From an uncultured Bacteroidota bacterium (GTDB lineage Bacteria; Bacteroidota; Bacteroidia; Bacteroidales; GWA2-32-17), in the NCBI GenBank assembly GCA_903872185.1, contig CAIQJL010000086.1:4989-68988 (forward strand): DNA of 64,000 nucleotides, given 5' to 3'. Below, in pieces: positions 1 to 9,250 of this stretch. The position numbers and the translations under genes are program-made. Every line of letters begins with the position of its first letter. The first letter of the stretch is position 1. A model generated the notes under the pieces. It made no database searches and was not told the DNA's origin. It saw only the letters and a program-made list of their open reading frames with translations.

Positions 1-1169
1 ACCTGACCTGCACCAACAGTTCTACCACCTTCACGGATTGCAAAACGTAATCCTTGGTTAATAGCAACTGGGTAAATTAAGTCAACCTGAATTGTGATAT
101 TATCACCAGGCATAATCATTTCTACACCTTCTGGAAGAACTACTTCACCAGTAATATCTAATGTACGGATATAGAACTGAGGACGATAATGATTATGGAA
201 TGGGGTATGACGTCCACCTTCTTCTTTTTTAAGAATGTAAACTTCAGCCTTAAATTTAGTATGAGGTGTAATAGAACCAGGTTTTGCCATTACCATACCA
301 CGTTTAATGCTTTCTTTATCAACACCACGTAATAATAAACCAACGTTATCACCAGCTTCACCTCTATCAAGAATCTTGCGGAACATTTCAACACCGGTTA
401 CAACAGTTTTTCTTTTCTCAAGGCTGATACCAACGATTTCCATTTCGTCACCTGTATTTACAACGCCTAATTCAATTCTACCTGTAGCAACTGTTCCGCG
501 ACCTGTAATTGAAAATACGTCTTCAACTGGCATTAAAAATGGTTTTTCATTCTCACGTGGAGGAATTGGAATATATGTATCAACTGCATCCATTAATTCC
601 ATAATTTTTTCTACCCATTTTGGGTCACCGTTTAATCCACCTAAAGCAGATCCACGAATAACTGGAGCGTTATCACCATCAAACTTATAGAAAGTTAAAA
701 GTTCGCGAACTTCCATTTCAACAAGATCAAGCATTTCTTCGTCCTCAACACTATCAACTTTATTGATAAACACAACCATTCTTGGTACGTTTACCTGACG
801 AGCTAATAGAACGTGTTCTCTTGTTTGAGGCATTGGACCATCTGTAGCAGCAACTACAAGAATAGCACCATCCATTTGAGCAGCACCTGTAACCATATTT
901 TTAATATAATCGGCGTGACCAGGACAGTCGATATGAGCATAATGACGAGTTGCTGTTGAATACTCGATATGTGCGGTATTGATTGTAATACCTCTTTCTT
1001 TTTCTTCAGGAGCGTTATCAATAGAATCGAATGAACGGAACACTGAAAGTCCCTTTTCAGCTAAAACTTTAGTAATAGCAGCTGTTAAAGTAGTCTTTCC
1101 ATGATCGATATGACCAATTGTACCTACATTAACATGTGCCTTACTCCTATCAAATTTTTCTTTTGCCAT
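1..1169 (-). CDS. tuf: Elongation factor Tu, partial (C-terminal codons lie beyond the window start)
   Basis: Minus-strand ATG at 1169. Translation begins [40 protein letters not shown] (GHIDHGKT P-loop). The frame stays open to position 1, so it is absent from the ORF track (no stop in window). Confidence 0.95.
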   Translation of the reverse strand, partial: MAKEKFDRSKAHVNVGTIGHIDHGKTTLTAAITKVLAEKGLSVFRSFDSIDNAPEEKERGITINTAHIEYSTATRHYAHIDCPGHADYIKNMVTGAAQMDGAILVVAATDGPMPQTREHVLLARQVNVPRMVVFINKVDSVEDEEMLDLVEMEVRELLTFYKFDGDNAPVIRGSALGGLNGDPKWVEKIMELMDAVDTYIPIPPRENEKPFLMPVEDVFSITGRGTVATGRIELGVVNTGDEMEIVGISLEKRKTVVTGVEMFRKILDRGEAGDNVGLLLRGVDKESIKRGMVMAKPGSITPHTKFKAEVYILKKEEGGRHTPFHNHYRPQFYIRTLDITGEVVLPEGVEMIMPGDNITIQVDLIYPVAINQGLRFAIREGGRTVGAGQ

Positions 1170-1222
1170 AATAATTGAAGGTTTTTTTGAATATATAATT
1201 AAACAATTTATTAACAAATTTA

Positions 1223-1296
<74 letters not shown>

Positions 1297-1303
1297 AAAC
1301 CAG

Positions 1304-1376
1304 AGCGGGAAACGAGACTCGGACTCGCGACCCTCAGCGTGGAAGGCTGATGCTCTACCAACTGAGCTATTCCCGC
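1304..1376 (-). tRNA. tRNA-Gly (anticodon TCC)
   Basis: Reverse complement GCGGGAATAGCTCAGTTGGTAGAGCATCAGCCTTCCACGCTGAGGGTCGCGAGTCCGAGTCTCGTTTCCCGCT. Acceptor GCGGGAA/TTCCCGC, anticodon stem TCAGC/GCTGA with loop CTTCCAC. Confidence 0.9.
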
Positions 1377-1383
1377 TGGTTTG

Positions 1384-1466
1384 TGGAGAGAGGAGGATTC
1401 GAACCTCCGAAGTCGTACGACAGCAGATTTACAGTCTGCCCCAGTTGGCCACTTTGGTATCTCTCC
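1384..1466 (-). tRNA. tRNA-Tyr (anticodon GTA), long variable arm
   Basis: Reverse complement GGAGAGATACCAAAGTGGCCAACTGGGGCAGACTGTAAATCTGCTGTCGTACGACTTCGGAGGTTCGAATCCTCCTCTCTCCA. Acceptor GGAGAGA/TCTCTCC, anticodon stem GCAGA/TCTGC with loop CTGTAAA, class II variable arm. Confidence 0.9.
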
Positions 1467-1490
1467 AGGTAAAAAATTCTCAACATGTAG

Positions 1491-1564
1491 AGCCGGTGGA
1501 GGGATTCGAACCCCCGACCCGCTGATTACAAATCAGCTGCTCTGGCCAACTGAGCTACACTGGC
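1491..1564 (-). tRNA. tRNA-Thr (anticodon TGT)
   Basis: Reverse complement GCCAGTGTAGCTCAGTTGGCCAGAGCAGCTGATTTGTAATCAGCGGGTCGGGGGTTCGAATCCCTCCACCGGCT. Anticodon stem GCTGA/TCAGC with loop TTTGTAA. One A-C mismatch in the acceptor stem. Confidence 0.85.
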
Positions 1565-1604
1565 ATCTCAAAGAACGTAATTTTTGTTTCTAAAAATCAG
1601 ACCG

Positions 1605-1612
1605 CAAATGTA
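1605..1612 (-). promoter_or_regulatory. Bacteroidota-type -7 box (TACATTTG) upstream of the tRNA-tuf cluster
   Basis: The plus strand reads caaatgta, which is TAnnTTTG on the minus strand, about 41 nt upstream of the tRNA-Thr(TGT) 5' end. Confidence 0.4.
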
Positions 1613-1690
1613 CGATTACTTTTTATTATAGCCAAACATTATTTAAATTTTTTTGTATAGTTTTTGATAGGGCAAAAAATGACCATTTTT

Positions 1691-1727
1691 AAAACAAAAA
1701 GCTGGCATTTAAATAAAGTGCCAGCTT
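1691..1727 (-). terminator. Rho-independent terminator after hpf
   Basis: 9-bp stem aagctggca/tgccagctt (1699-1727) followed on the minus strand by TTTTTGTTTT, directly downstream of the hpf stop. Confidence 0.75.
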
Positions 1728-1750
1728 CTTGTTTATTAGATAATTACAGA

Positions 1751-2050
1751 TTATTTACCTGTCTTTTTTTCTTTATATTTTTTTAATTGACGTTGTAAAG
1801 CTTCGACAGCAGAATCGGCTGCTTCTTCAAAAGATTTAGATTGTTTTTTTGCAAAAAGATTATTTCCCGGCACTTCTAGCTTAATTTCTGCAATTTTATT
1901 ATCCATTGTTTGTGCTTTATCTAATCGAAGAGTAACATCAGCTAAAACAATATCCGAATGCCTTGAAATTAATTTATCCATTCTCTCGTGAATAAAAGCT
2001 TCAAGATTTTTGTCTGCATTAAAATGCAATGTTTGAATGTTTACTTTCAT
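1751..2050 (-). CDS. hpf: Ribosome hibernation promoting factor / ribosome-associated inhibitor (short HPF/RaiA type)
   Basis: 99-aa ORF MKVNIQTLHFNADKNLEAFIHERMDKL...; size and N-terminal pattern are typical of the sigma-54 modulation/HPF family. It sits in the usual Bacteroidota position next to a xerC-like gene and rpsU. Confidence 0.8.
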   Translation of the reverse strand: MKVNIQTLHFNADKNLEAFIHERMDKLISRHSDIVLADVTLRLDKAQTMDNKIAEIKLEVPGNNLFAKKQSKSFEEAADSAVEALQRQLKKYKEKKTGK

Positions 2051-2073
2051 ATTCAGTCCTCCTTATTTGTTGT

Positions 2074-2955
2074 TTATGCTCTTGGATGAGCTTTTTTATA
2101 AATATTCCGAAGTTTTTCAAATGAATTATGCGTATAAACCTGAGTAGCCGCCAGGTTAGCATGTCCTAATAATTCTTTAATTGCATTTAAATCTGCTCCA
2201 TTATTTAATAGGTGTGTTGCAAAAGTATGACGAAGAATATGTGGACTTTTTTTATCAAGAACAGCTACCAAGCCAATATAATGATTTACAATTCTATAAA
2301 CTAATTTAGCGTAAATTTTACTTCCTTTTTCTGAAATAAAAAGATTATTTTCTGTAGAATTTATTTTATTTCTAAAGGTTAGATATCTTTCCATGTCAGT
2401 TTTAAGAATTGTTCCAATTGGAATAATTCTTTCTTTATTTCTTTTACCTAATACTTTTATTGTATTGTTATGAAAATCTATATCATAAATTTTTAATGAT
2501 ATTAATTCAGATAATCTTATTCCAGTACAATAAAATAAAGTAATAATTAATTTATCACGTTCTCCGATAAAACCATCTCCAAAATCAACATCTTTCAACA
2601 AATCGATCATTTGTTTTTCTTCAACAAAAATCGGAAGTCTTTTTTTATTCTTAGGTGGAACAATTTTATCAGTTGGGTTAAAATTAACAATTTTTTCTCT
2701 AAGTAAGTATTTATAAAAACTGCTTAATGAAGAAAGTTTACGATTTACTGTACGAGCTTCGTTAGAATCTTCCATTAAACTAACTACCCAAGATCTTACA
2801 TGCCTAAAACTAGCATTAATGGCAGTAACATCAGAAAATGATGCACTTAAAAATAACACAAATTGAGAAATATCGCGAAAATATGCGTTAACTGTATGAT
2901 CAGAATAGCGTTTTTCGTTTTTAATATACCCTACAAAGGAACCAACCACATCCAT
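2074..2955 (-). CDS. Tyrosine site-specific recombinase (XerC/XerD-like)
   Basis: 293 aa. N-terminal SAM-like core-binding region, C-terminal catalytic signature HILRHTFATHLL ... LGHANLAATQVYTH (R-H-R-Y family). Confidence 0.85.
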   Translation of the reverse strand: MDVVGSFVGYIKNEKRYSDHTVNAYFRDISQFVLFLSASFSDVTAINASFRHVRSWVVSLMEDSNEARTVNRKLSSLSSFYKYLLREKIVNFNPTDKIVPPKNKKRLPIFVEEKQMIDLLKDVDFGDGFIGERDKLIITLFYCTGIRLSELISLKIYDIDFHNNTIKVLGKRNKERIIPIGTILKTDMERYLTFRNKINSTENNLFISEKGSKIYAKLVYRIVNHYIGLVAVLDKKSPHILRHTFATHLLNNGADLNAIKELLGHANLAATQVYTHNSFEKLRNIYKKAHPRA

Positions 2956-3040
2956 CTACACGGAGATAAAATTTATAATCTATTAAACGAACTACATTAA
3001 GAAATAGTTTCGAATTAACACATCAACTCCGAGAAGAATA

Positions 3041-3235
3041 TTATTTTTCTTCTTGACGGTGAAGTTTCTGAATATAAACTGCATTTAAAATTTCTTCTCT
3101 ACGACGAATAGAAGGTTTTTGGAAAGCTTTTCTTGCGCGAAGTTCTTTCATAATGCCAGTCTTTTCAAATTTACGTTTGAATTTTTTTAAAGCTCTGTCT
3201 ATGTGTTCGCCTTCTTTAATTGGAATAATAATCAT
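3041..3235 (-). CDS. rpsU: 30S ribosomal protein S21
   Basis: 64-aa basic ORF MIIIPIKEGEHIDRALKKFKRKFEKTGIMKELRARKAFQKPSIRRREE, the typical bS21 pattern. Confidence 0.9.
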   Translation of the reverse strand: MIIIPIKEGEHIDRALKKFKRKFEKTGIMKELRARKAFQKPSIRRREEILNAVYIQKLHRQEEK

Positions 3236-3258
3236 AAAAGGTTTTTTAAATTGAGATG

Positions 3259-3266
3259 CAAAAGTA
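3259..3266 (-). promoter_or_regulatory. -7 box TACTTTTG with TTTG -33 element 19 nt upstream (3286-3289), promoter of rpsU
   Basis: The minus strand reads TTTG-N19-TACTTTTG about 24 nt upstream of the rpsU ATG. This matches the Bacteroidota sigma-A consensus TTTG/TAnnTTTG. Confidence 0.5.
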
Positions 3267-3297
3267 CAAATAAATTCAATACATCCAAACAGAATTA

Positions 3298-4236
3298 TTA
3301 AAACTCTGAATAAGATTTAATTTTATCGCCTTGTTCTTGCGTAATCATTTTACTTTGAACAATTTCTTGAATGCTTAGAATTTTTCCTTGTATCTTTCTA
3401 TATTCTAAAATTTTATTTATTACATCTTTTGGGAAATAAGGGTGCTTGATTAGCTGCTTAAATTCTGCTTTATTCAAGTTAATTTTTTTTACAGTTGAAA
3501 CATCAATTAATACTAGGTTCTCAATTTTAGCATACATTTCTTGAGTAAACCCAAAAACTTCTAATAATTGCTCCTTTTTAATAAACCCGCCTAATAAATC
3601 ACGATACTTTACAATTCTTTTTGCAAAGCCTGTCCCTATTCCTGGCAAAGCACATAAAATAGTAGTATCGGCATTATTTATTTCAATTGCAGTTTTTGTT
3701 TTCTGTGGAAATTTATTTTCCTGATAATTAGTTTTTTGAGAAGTATAATTTGATTTATCTTTCCCTAAATTCTCTTTGAAGGAATTCTTTTTTTCTTGCT
3801 TTTGGGGAATTAATATAAAAGGTTCTATCTTGATAAATAAAGAATCTGATAAACCGTAAATCTTTTTAACATCATCTTTGTCATAAAACTTTCCACCTTT
3901 TGACCTGAAATTTATAAATGTATTAATAAGCTTTTTGGGAAACCCTAACTTTTGCAAATCGCTTTCAGTGGCATTATTTGGGTCAAAAGGAAAATATTCA
4001 ACTTTAGCTGTATCGAAATAAATTTCAGATTTTAAAGTATCAGTTGCTTGAGTATTTACTGAAGAAATAAATTCATTTATTTCATTTTCAAAAGAGGTAT
4101 AATCAACCTTTTCTCTTTTAAAAAAAACATCGGCATATTTAAGAAAAACAATAAGCATTACAATAATAAAAAGTAATATTAAAATACCATTCCTTTCAGA
4201 ACGGGTAAAAGTAAAATATTCACGAAACTTTGCCAT
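3298..4236 (-). CDS. ComEA-like helix-hairpin-helix DNA-binding protein with N-terminal membrane anchor
   Basis: 312 aa. TM segment GILILLFIIVMLIVFL and HhH motifs (LPGIGTGFAKRIVKYRDLLGGF; second copy near the C terminus). Confidence 0.65.
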   Translation of the reverse strand: MAKFREYFTFTRSERNGILILLFIIVMLIVFLKYADVFFKREKVDYTSFENEINEFISSVNTQATDTLKSEIYFDTAKVEYFPFDPNNATESDLQKLGFPKKLINTFINFRSKGGKFYDKDDVKKIYGLSDSLFIKIEPFILIPQKQEKKNSFKENLGKDKSNYTSQKTNYQENKFPQKTKTAIEINNADTTILCALPGIGTGFAKRIVKYRDLLGGFIKKEQLLEVFGFTQEMYAKIENLVLIDVSTVKKINLNKAEFKQLIKHPYFPKDVINKILEYRKIQGKILSIQEIVQSKMITQEQGDKIKSYSEF

Positions 4237-4284
4237 GTAATATGGAGATAGGGTTATTAAATTTAATTAATAACCCTACTTTAC

Positions 4285-5364
4285 TTAATTTCTATTATCT
4301 GCATTTAAATCTGTAAATGCAACTTTAAGTCTTTCGATAATCGCTTTTTCTCCTTCGCGAAGCCATGCACGTGGATCGTAATACTTTTTATTTGGTTTTT
4401 CCTCACCTTCGGGATTACCAATTTGTCCTTGCAAATATGCTGATTTCTTCTTGTAATATTCATGTACACCACTCCAAAATGCCCACTGGGTATCGGTATC
4501 AATATTCATTTTAACAACACCGTATGATATAGCTTCACGAATTTCCTCTCGAGCTGATCCAGATCCACCATGAAAAACAAAATTTACTGGAAGTTCTGTT
4601 GTGCTAAATTTTTCTTGAATATATTTTTGAGAATTTTTTAAAATAACAGGTTCCAATTTTACATTACCTGGTTTATATACTCCATGAACATTTCCAAACG
4701 AAGCTGCTATTGTAAAGTTTTCACTTATTTTACGTAGTTCTTCAAAAGCATATGCTACATCTTGTGGTTGAGTGTATAATTTTGAATTATCAACTTCAGT
4801 ATTATCTACACCATCTTCTTCGCCACCTGTAACACCAAGCTCAATTTCTAAAAACATTCCAATTTTTGACATACGAGTGAGATATTTTTTACAAATCTCA
4901 ACATTTTCTTGAAGTGTTTCTTCGCTTAAGTCTAACATATGCGAACTAAATAACGGTTTACCATGTTGTGCAAAATATTTTTCACCAGCATCAAGTAAGC
5001 CATCAATCCAAGGAAGCAACTTTTTTGCAGCATGATCGGTATGAACTATTACTGGCACTCCATATAAATCGGCAACATGGTGAATATGAATTGCACCTGA
5101 AATAGCACCAACAATTGAGGCCTCATATTTATCGTTTGGCAAACCTTTTCCTGCATAGAATTGCGCTCCACCATTGGAGAACTGCACAATTATTGGAGAA
5201 TTTACATCTTTTGCAGCTTCAATTACTGCGTTTACAGTATCGGTTCCAACTACGTTTACTGCAGGAATTGCAAAATTATTTGCTTTTGCAATACGAAATA
5301 TTTCTTTTAGACTATTTCCCCAAGCAACACCTGGTTTTACTTTATCGAATATTTTTTCTGACAT
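4285..5364 (-). CDS. fba: Class II fructose-1,6-bisphosphate aldolase
   Basis: 359 aa. Motifs FAIPAVNVVGTD, VIVHTDH, FHGGSGS are typical of the class IIa FBP aldolase. Confidence 0.9.
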   Translation of the reverse strand: MSEKIFDKVKPGVAWGNSLKEIFRIAKANNFAIPAVNVVGTDTVNAVIEAAKDVNSPIIVQFSNGGAQFYAGKGLPNDKYEASIVGAISGAIHIHHVADLYGVPVIVHTDHAAKKLLPWIDGLLDAGEKYFAQHGKPLFSSHMLDLSEETLQENVEICKKYLTRMSKIGMFLEIELGVTGGEEDGVDNTEVDNSKLYTQPQDVAYAFEELRKISENFTIAASFGNVHGVYKPGNVKLEPVILKNSQKYIQEKFSTTELPVNFVFHGGSGSAREEIREAISYGVVKMNIDTDTQWAFWSGVHEYYKKKSAYLQGQIGNPEGEEKPNKKYYDPRAWLREGEKAIIERLKVAFTDLNADNRN

Positions 5365-5386
5365 ATTAATTTTGGTTTTAATTCAC

Positions 5387-5394
5387 CAAAATTA
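5387..5394 (-). promoter_or_regulatory. -7 box TAATTTTG upstream of fba
   Basis: The plus strand reads caaaatta, which is TAnnTTTG on the minus strand, 22 nt upstream of the fba ATG. Confidence 0.4.
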
Positions 5395-5415
5395 AAAAAT
5401 TTAATCCATAAAATA

Positions 5416-7755
5416 TCAAAATGGATATCCTATTCCTAAATTAAATGCATTGAACGAATAATTTGAAGGCAAAGTATTTTTATGCCACTGCACCCATCGT
5501 TGACCAACTGATTGTGAAGGATCTCTACCTTTAATTCCCATATCAATTCTAAATACAAAAAAAGAAAAATCGAGACGTAATCCTAAACCATACCCAATTG
5601 CAATATCATTATAAAAGTTTTTTCCATTAAATACGGCTCCGTCGCGACCATCGGTTTTACGTAAATCCCAAATATTGCCAGCATCAACAAATAATGCTCC
5701 TTCAATAACCCAGAATAACTTAAAACGATATTCTAAATTAGCCTCAAGCTTTATATCTGAAGTTTGATTTGGTATTGAAAGTGTATCTTTAAATGAACCT
5801 GGCCCAAGGCTTCTAACAGTCCAAGCCCTAATACTACTTGCACCACCACTAAAATATCTTTTTTCGAATGGTAACACTTTCATATTTCCATATGGAATTC
5901 CAATACCAGTGAAAATGCGATAGGCCATTTTTGTTCCTTTTGTTACTTTATGGAAATATCTGAAATCAGTTTCGGCTTTAATAAATTGCGCATATCTGGT
6001 ATTTAACAACTGATAACTACCATCAACAATTTTTGATTTATTTAAATCATTAAAAGCGGATAAAATATTACCCGCAGATTCAATTTGGCCTCTCAAATAA
6101 ACATTATCATGATGTTTACCAAAATTAGCATCATTAAATAAAAGTCCATATGAGGTAACAGTAACCATGTGATTGGTATAACTATTTTCGAGGAAAGTTC
6201 CATTTATTGAATTTTTAAACCTCCAGGAAATATATGGGAGATTTACATAATTAATTTCAACAGGATTAAAAAAATGTTTTAAATTTTTGTTTCCTTGCCA
6301 TACATAACCAAATGAAATATTTGAAATTGTTCTTGTATAATCTGGTCTTTGTTGATAATTATAAGCTATTGAAATGCTTGTTTTAGGATTTCTTCTTTTA
6401 ATAAACTCTTCAAGATTAAGAGGCATTAAAAAAGTAGAAAAATACAATTTAGATTCTCCTCCAATTTCAATTGTGTTAAACGGAAGATATTCCTGAATTT
6501 GTTGATTATTTTCAAGTATAACTGAACTTTGTCTTTCAATTGCACCCCTAAGCTTAACATCCCATTGTTGAGCACCCCTAAAAATATTTCTATTCTGATA
6601 AAGAATATTTCCTGCAATACCAAGGTTTCCAGATGAATTTGTTCCTTCAGCTTCTAATTTATATGATTGAATACTTAGAGGAGTTAATTCTATATATGAG
6701 TTTAAATAATTTGGCCTTGAAGATTTTGCAAATTGAATATTTACCAACCTAAATGTTTTTAACGATGTTAAATTTCTATATGTTCTATCTACATCTTTAG
6801 TATCGTAGTAAATTCCATTTGTTAAATAGCACGCTCTTATTAATACTTTTGGTTTTATTTTTACTCCATTCTGAGAAATAAAATAATACCCTCCCTTTTC
6901 AATTGTGTCAAGAGTGCTATAATATTTATCGCGTTCTTGTAATGCAAGCTTAGGATTAAAATCTGTATAATAATAAACGGTATCTATTAAATACTGTCTA
7001 TGATTTTCTTTTACTATTAATCCATTGTCAAGTTGTTTATCAATATTTTGAATAACAACGTTCAAATTAACCTTATAATTCCCCAAAGAAGTATCAACAT
7101 CAAACACAATATACTCTTTATTAAAAAAATAATAGCCATTAGATTTTAGTTTTTCAGTAATTCTTATACGCTCATTCTGAACAATATCAGAATCAAAGAA
7201 AACTCCATTTTTAAGTAATGTGGAGTTAGTGTCTGGCAACACAAAGCTTTTTATTTTTTCATCATCAATTTGATAGCTAACATTATTAATCACATAAGGT
7301 TTGCCTGTTGAAATAATATAATTTACTTCAATTTTTTTTCGTCTGATTTTTAATGAATCTTTTAAAACTGAATAATAATAACCTTTATTTCTTAAAAAAG
7401 ATTTTATTTGGGCACTGGATTTATTGGTTTTTACCTGGTCGAATATTACCGGTTCTTCGCCTACAATATTTCCCATTTTTGTTTTCCATTTTCTTGTTTT
7501 ACCAATATGTGTTAAATTATATACGGCTAGATGAAAACGGAAAAAAACAAGTATATGCTTATTAGGTTTTTGTTTAATGTAAGTTTCTGCTTGCTCTAAG
7601 TCAATGTTTTTATTATCGCATTTAACTTTTACTTTATTTAACAAATACTCGTTTTCGGCTACAAATCTCGTAGGCCTACATGAAAAGACAACTATCCCAA
7701 CAAATAATAAAATTATATAAACTCTAGCTTTATGCAAACTTATTTGATTTGTCAC
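5416..7755 (-). CDS. Omp85-family outer-membrane protein (BamA/TamA family; lipobox suggests TamL-like)
   Basis: 779 aa. The N-terminal signal ends in VVFSC (lipobox-like). POTRA-like repeats precede a C-terminal bacterial surface antigen barrel ending ...LGIGYPF. Confidence 0.7.
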   Translation of the reverse strand: MTNQISLHKARVYIILLFVGIVVFSCRPTRFVAENEYLLNKVKVKCDNKNIDLEQAETYIKQKPNKHILVFFRFHLAVYNLTHIGKTRKWKTKMGNIVGEEPVIFDQVKTNKSSAQIKSFLRNKGYYYSVLKDSLKIRRKKIEVNYIISTGKPYVINNVSYQIDDEKIKSFVLPDTNSTLLKNGVFFDSDIVQNERIRITEKLKSNGYYFFNKEYIVFDVDTSLGNYKVNLNVVIQNIDKQLDNGLIVKENHRQYLIDTVYYYTDFNPKLALQERDKYYSTLDTIEKGGYYFISQNGVKIKPKVLIRACYLTNGIYYDTKDVDRTYRNLTSLKTFRLVNIQFAKSSRPNYLNSYIELTPLSIQSYKLEAEGTNSSGNLGIAGNILYQNRNIFRGAQQWDVKLRGAIERQSSVILENNQQIQEYLPFNTIEIGGESKLYFSTFLMPLNLEEFIKRRNPKTSISIAYNYQQRPDYTRTISNISFGYVWQGNKNLKHFFNPVEINYVNLPYISWRFKNSINGTFLENSYTNHMVTVTSYGLLFNDANFGKHHDNVYLRGQIESAGNILSAFNDLNKSKIVDGSYQLLNTRYAQFIKAETDFRYFHKVTKGTKMAYRIFTGIGIPYGNMKVLPFEKRYFSGGASSIRAWTVRSLGPGSFKDTLSIPNQTSDIKLEANLEYRFKLFWVIEGALFVDAGNIWDLRKTDGRDGAVFNGKNFYNDIAIGYGLGLRLDFSFFVFRIDMGIKGRDPSQSVGQRWVQWHKNTLPSNYSFNAFNLGIGYPF

Positions 7756-7814
7756 AAAGATAAACTGAAATAAATAAAATATAAGATGAATATAAGGGAC
7801 TAGAAAAATAAAAA

Positions 7815-9038
7815 TTATTTGGACTGATTATCCTTAACTTTCAAGTTATCAGGAATAATAATTTCATCAATTTTTACCTTTGTTTGATCTTCGTTTACAA
7901 GTTTTATTTGAACCCTTCTATTGTACTTTCTACCTTCTTCACAATCCTTTCCATTACTCATTTTATTTGATGCTACAGGATTAGACTCTCCTTTACCATA
8001 AGACAATAAACGATCAATTCCGATTCCTTTACCTTTAAGATAATCTACTGCGGATTTTGCCCTTAATTTAGATAATTTGGTGTTATATGTTTTTGAACCT
8101 TTAGAGTCAGTATAGCCAGTTAACTCAAGTTTCATTAAAATATTTTCCTGCATAACACTGTTCACTTTATCTAAAACTTTAATAGATTCTTCAGTAAGAT
8201 TATATCTATCAAAATCAAAAAATAAATTATTTACAATTAGTATTTCTTGTTTCTTAATGACTACAGGAATTAAAATAGTATTTAACTTAATTTCTGACAT
8301 TGAATCGGTTCCAGTAACAGTAAACGGTTCAGTAAATTGCCGGTAGTCATCAGAAGTCACTAAAATATTATATTTTCCTATATCTAACTGTTGTTTATAA
8401 ACAAAGGATAAATTTTGGGGAGTATAAATATTAATTGTATTAACCATAGCAGAATCTAAAATAGCAACTCTTAGATTTTTTGGAATTTGATTTTGATTAT
8501 CGCTTAAGGTTAAATTACCGTTAACTGCAATGAGATATGATAATTGTGTAACTTTTTTTAATGTATCAATAGGGTTATCCTGAATATTATCTTTAATCTT
8601 TCTGAATACTTTCTTTAACCTAAAATTCGGATTATTATAACCTCTTTCGTCTTTGTTTTCAGTAAAAAACACTTTTCCATCTATCACAAAACTATTGTCA
8701 TCATCTTTATATAACACTGTATCTTTAATGTTTTCCATTAAAAATATTGACAAGTTAGCAAAACCCCATTTTTTAAATTTCCAATTACAATCCCAATTGC
8801 GTGCCTCTTTTTTCTTTTTGGTTTTAAAAACAATAATGTCTGCATTTTCTTTTTTATCAACCTTTAATAACACAATATCAGCATCAATTGGGTGTGTCAT
8901 TTCAATTACAGTTTGTCCAATTGACTGATAGCTAAAAAAGAAAAACAAAACAAAAATTAGGATAAATTTCCTATTAATGATATTAAAAAAACATGCTAAA
9001 GTTTTCATATGAAAAAAGGCTACAATACTGGAATACAT
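7815..9038 (-). CDS. Secreted protein: novel N-terminal domain + middle region + C-terminal OmpA-like peptidoglycan-binding domain
   Basis: 407 aa (alternative start at Met11, position 9008). OmpA_C signature FDFDRYNLT...LTGYTDSKGS..YN.KLS.LRA.SAVDYL...YGKGESNP...NRRVQI. The N-terminal ~100 aa are paralogous to the next gene. Confidence 0.8.
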   Translation of the reverse strand: MYSSIVAFFHMKTLACFFNIINRKFILIFVLFFFFSYQSIGQTVIEMTHPIDADIVLLKVDKKENADIIVFKTKKKKEARNWDCNWKFKKWGFANLSIFLMENIKDTVLYKDDDNSFVIDGKVFFTENKDERGYNNPNFRLKKVFRKIKDNIQDNPIDTLKKVTQLSYLIAVNGNLTLSDNQNQIPKNLRVAILDSAMVNTINIYTPQNLSFVYKQQLDIGKYNILVTSDDYRQFTEPFTVTGTDSMSEIKLNTILIPVVIKKQEILIVNNLFFDFDRYNLTEESIKVLDKVNSVMQENILMKLELTGYTDSKGSKTYNTKLSKLRAKSAVDYLKGKGIGIDRLLSYGKGESNPVASNKMSNGKDCEEGRKYNRRVQIKLVNEDQTKVKIDEIIIPDNLKVKDNQSK

Positions 9039-9250
9039 AACGATATAATATTATTTACCTCTGCATTACTTAAACAAAGATAATAAACAATAAGTATTTA
9101 TACCTGTTTTTAATATGTTTTTTACTTGTTTGAATTTTCCTTAATGGAAAGCACAAAATCATTTCTCCGCTATTTACCTAAATAACAGCAGATTATTGCA
9201 TTTTCGTTTTTGCTTAAAAAGAGGATTAACTATCGGTGTTATTAAACAAC

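Noticed and set aside
307-690. 127-aa plus-strand ORF in the track
   Set aside because: It lies entirely antisense within the tuf coding region. The Pro/Ser/Thr-rich low-complexity translation is typical of a shadow ORF.
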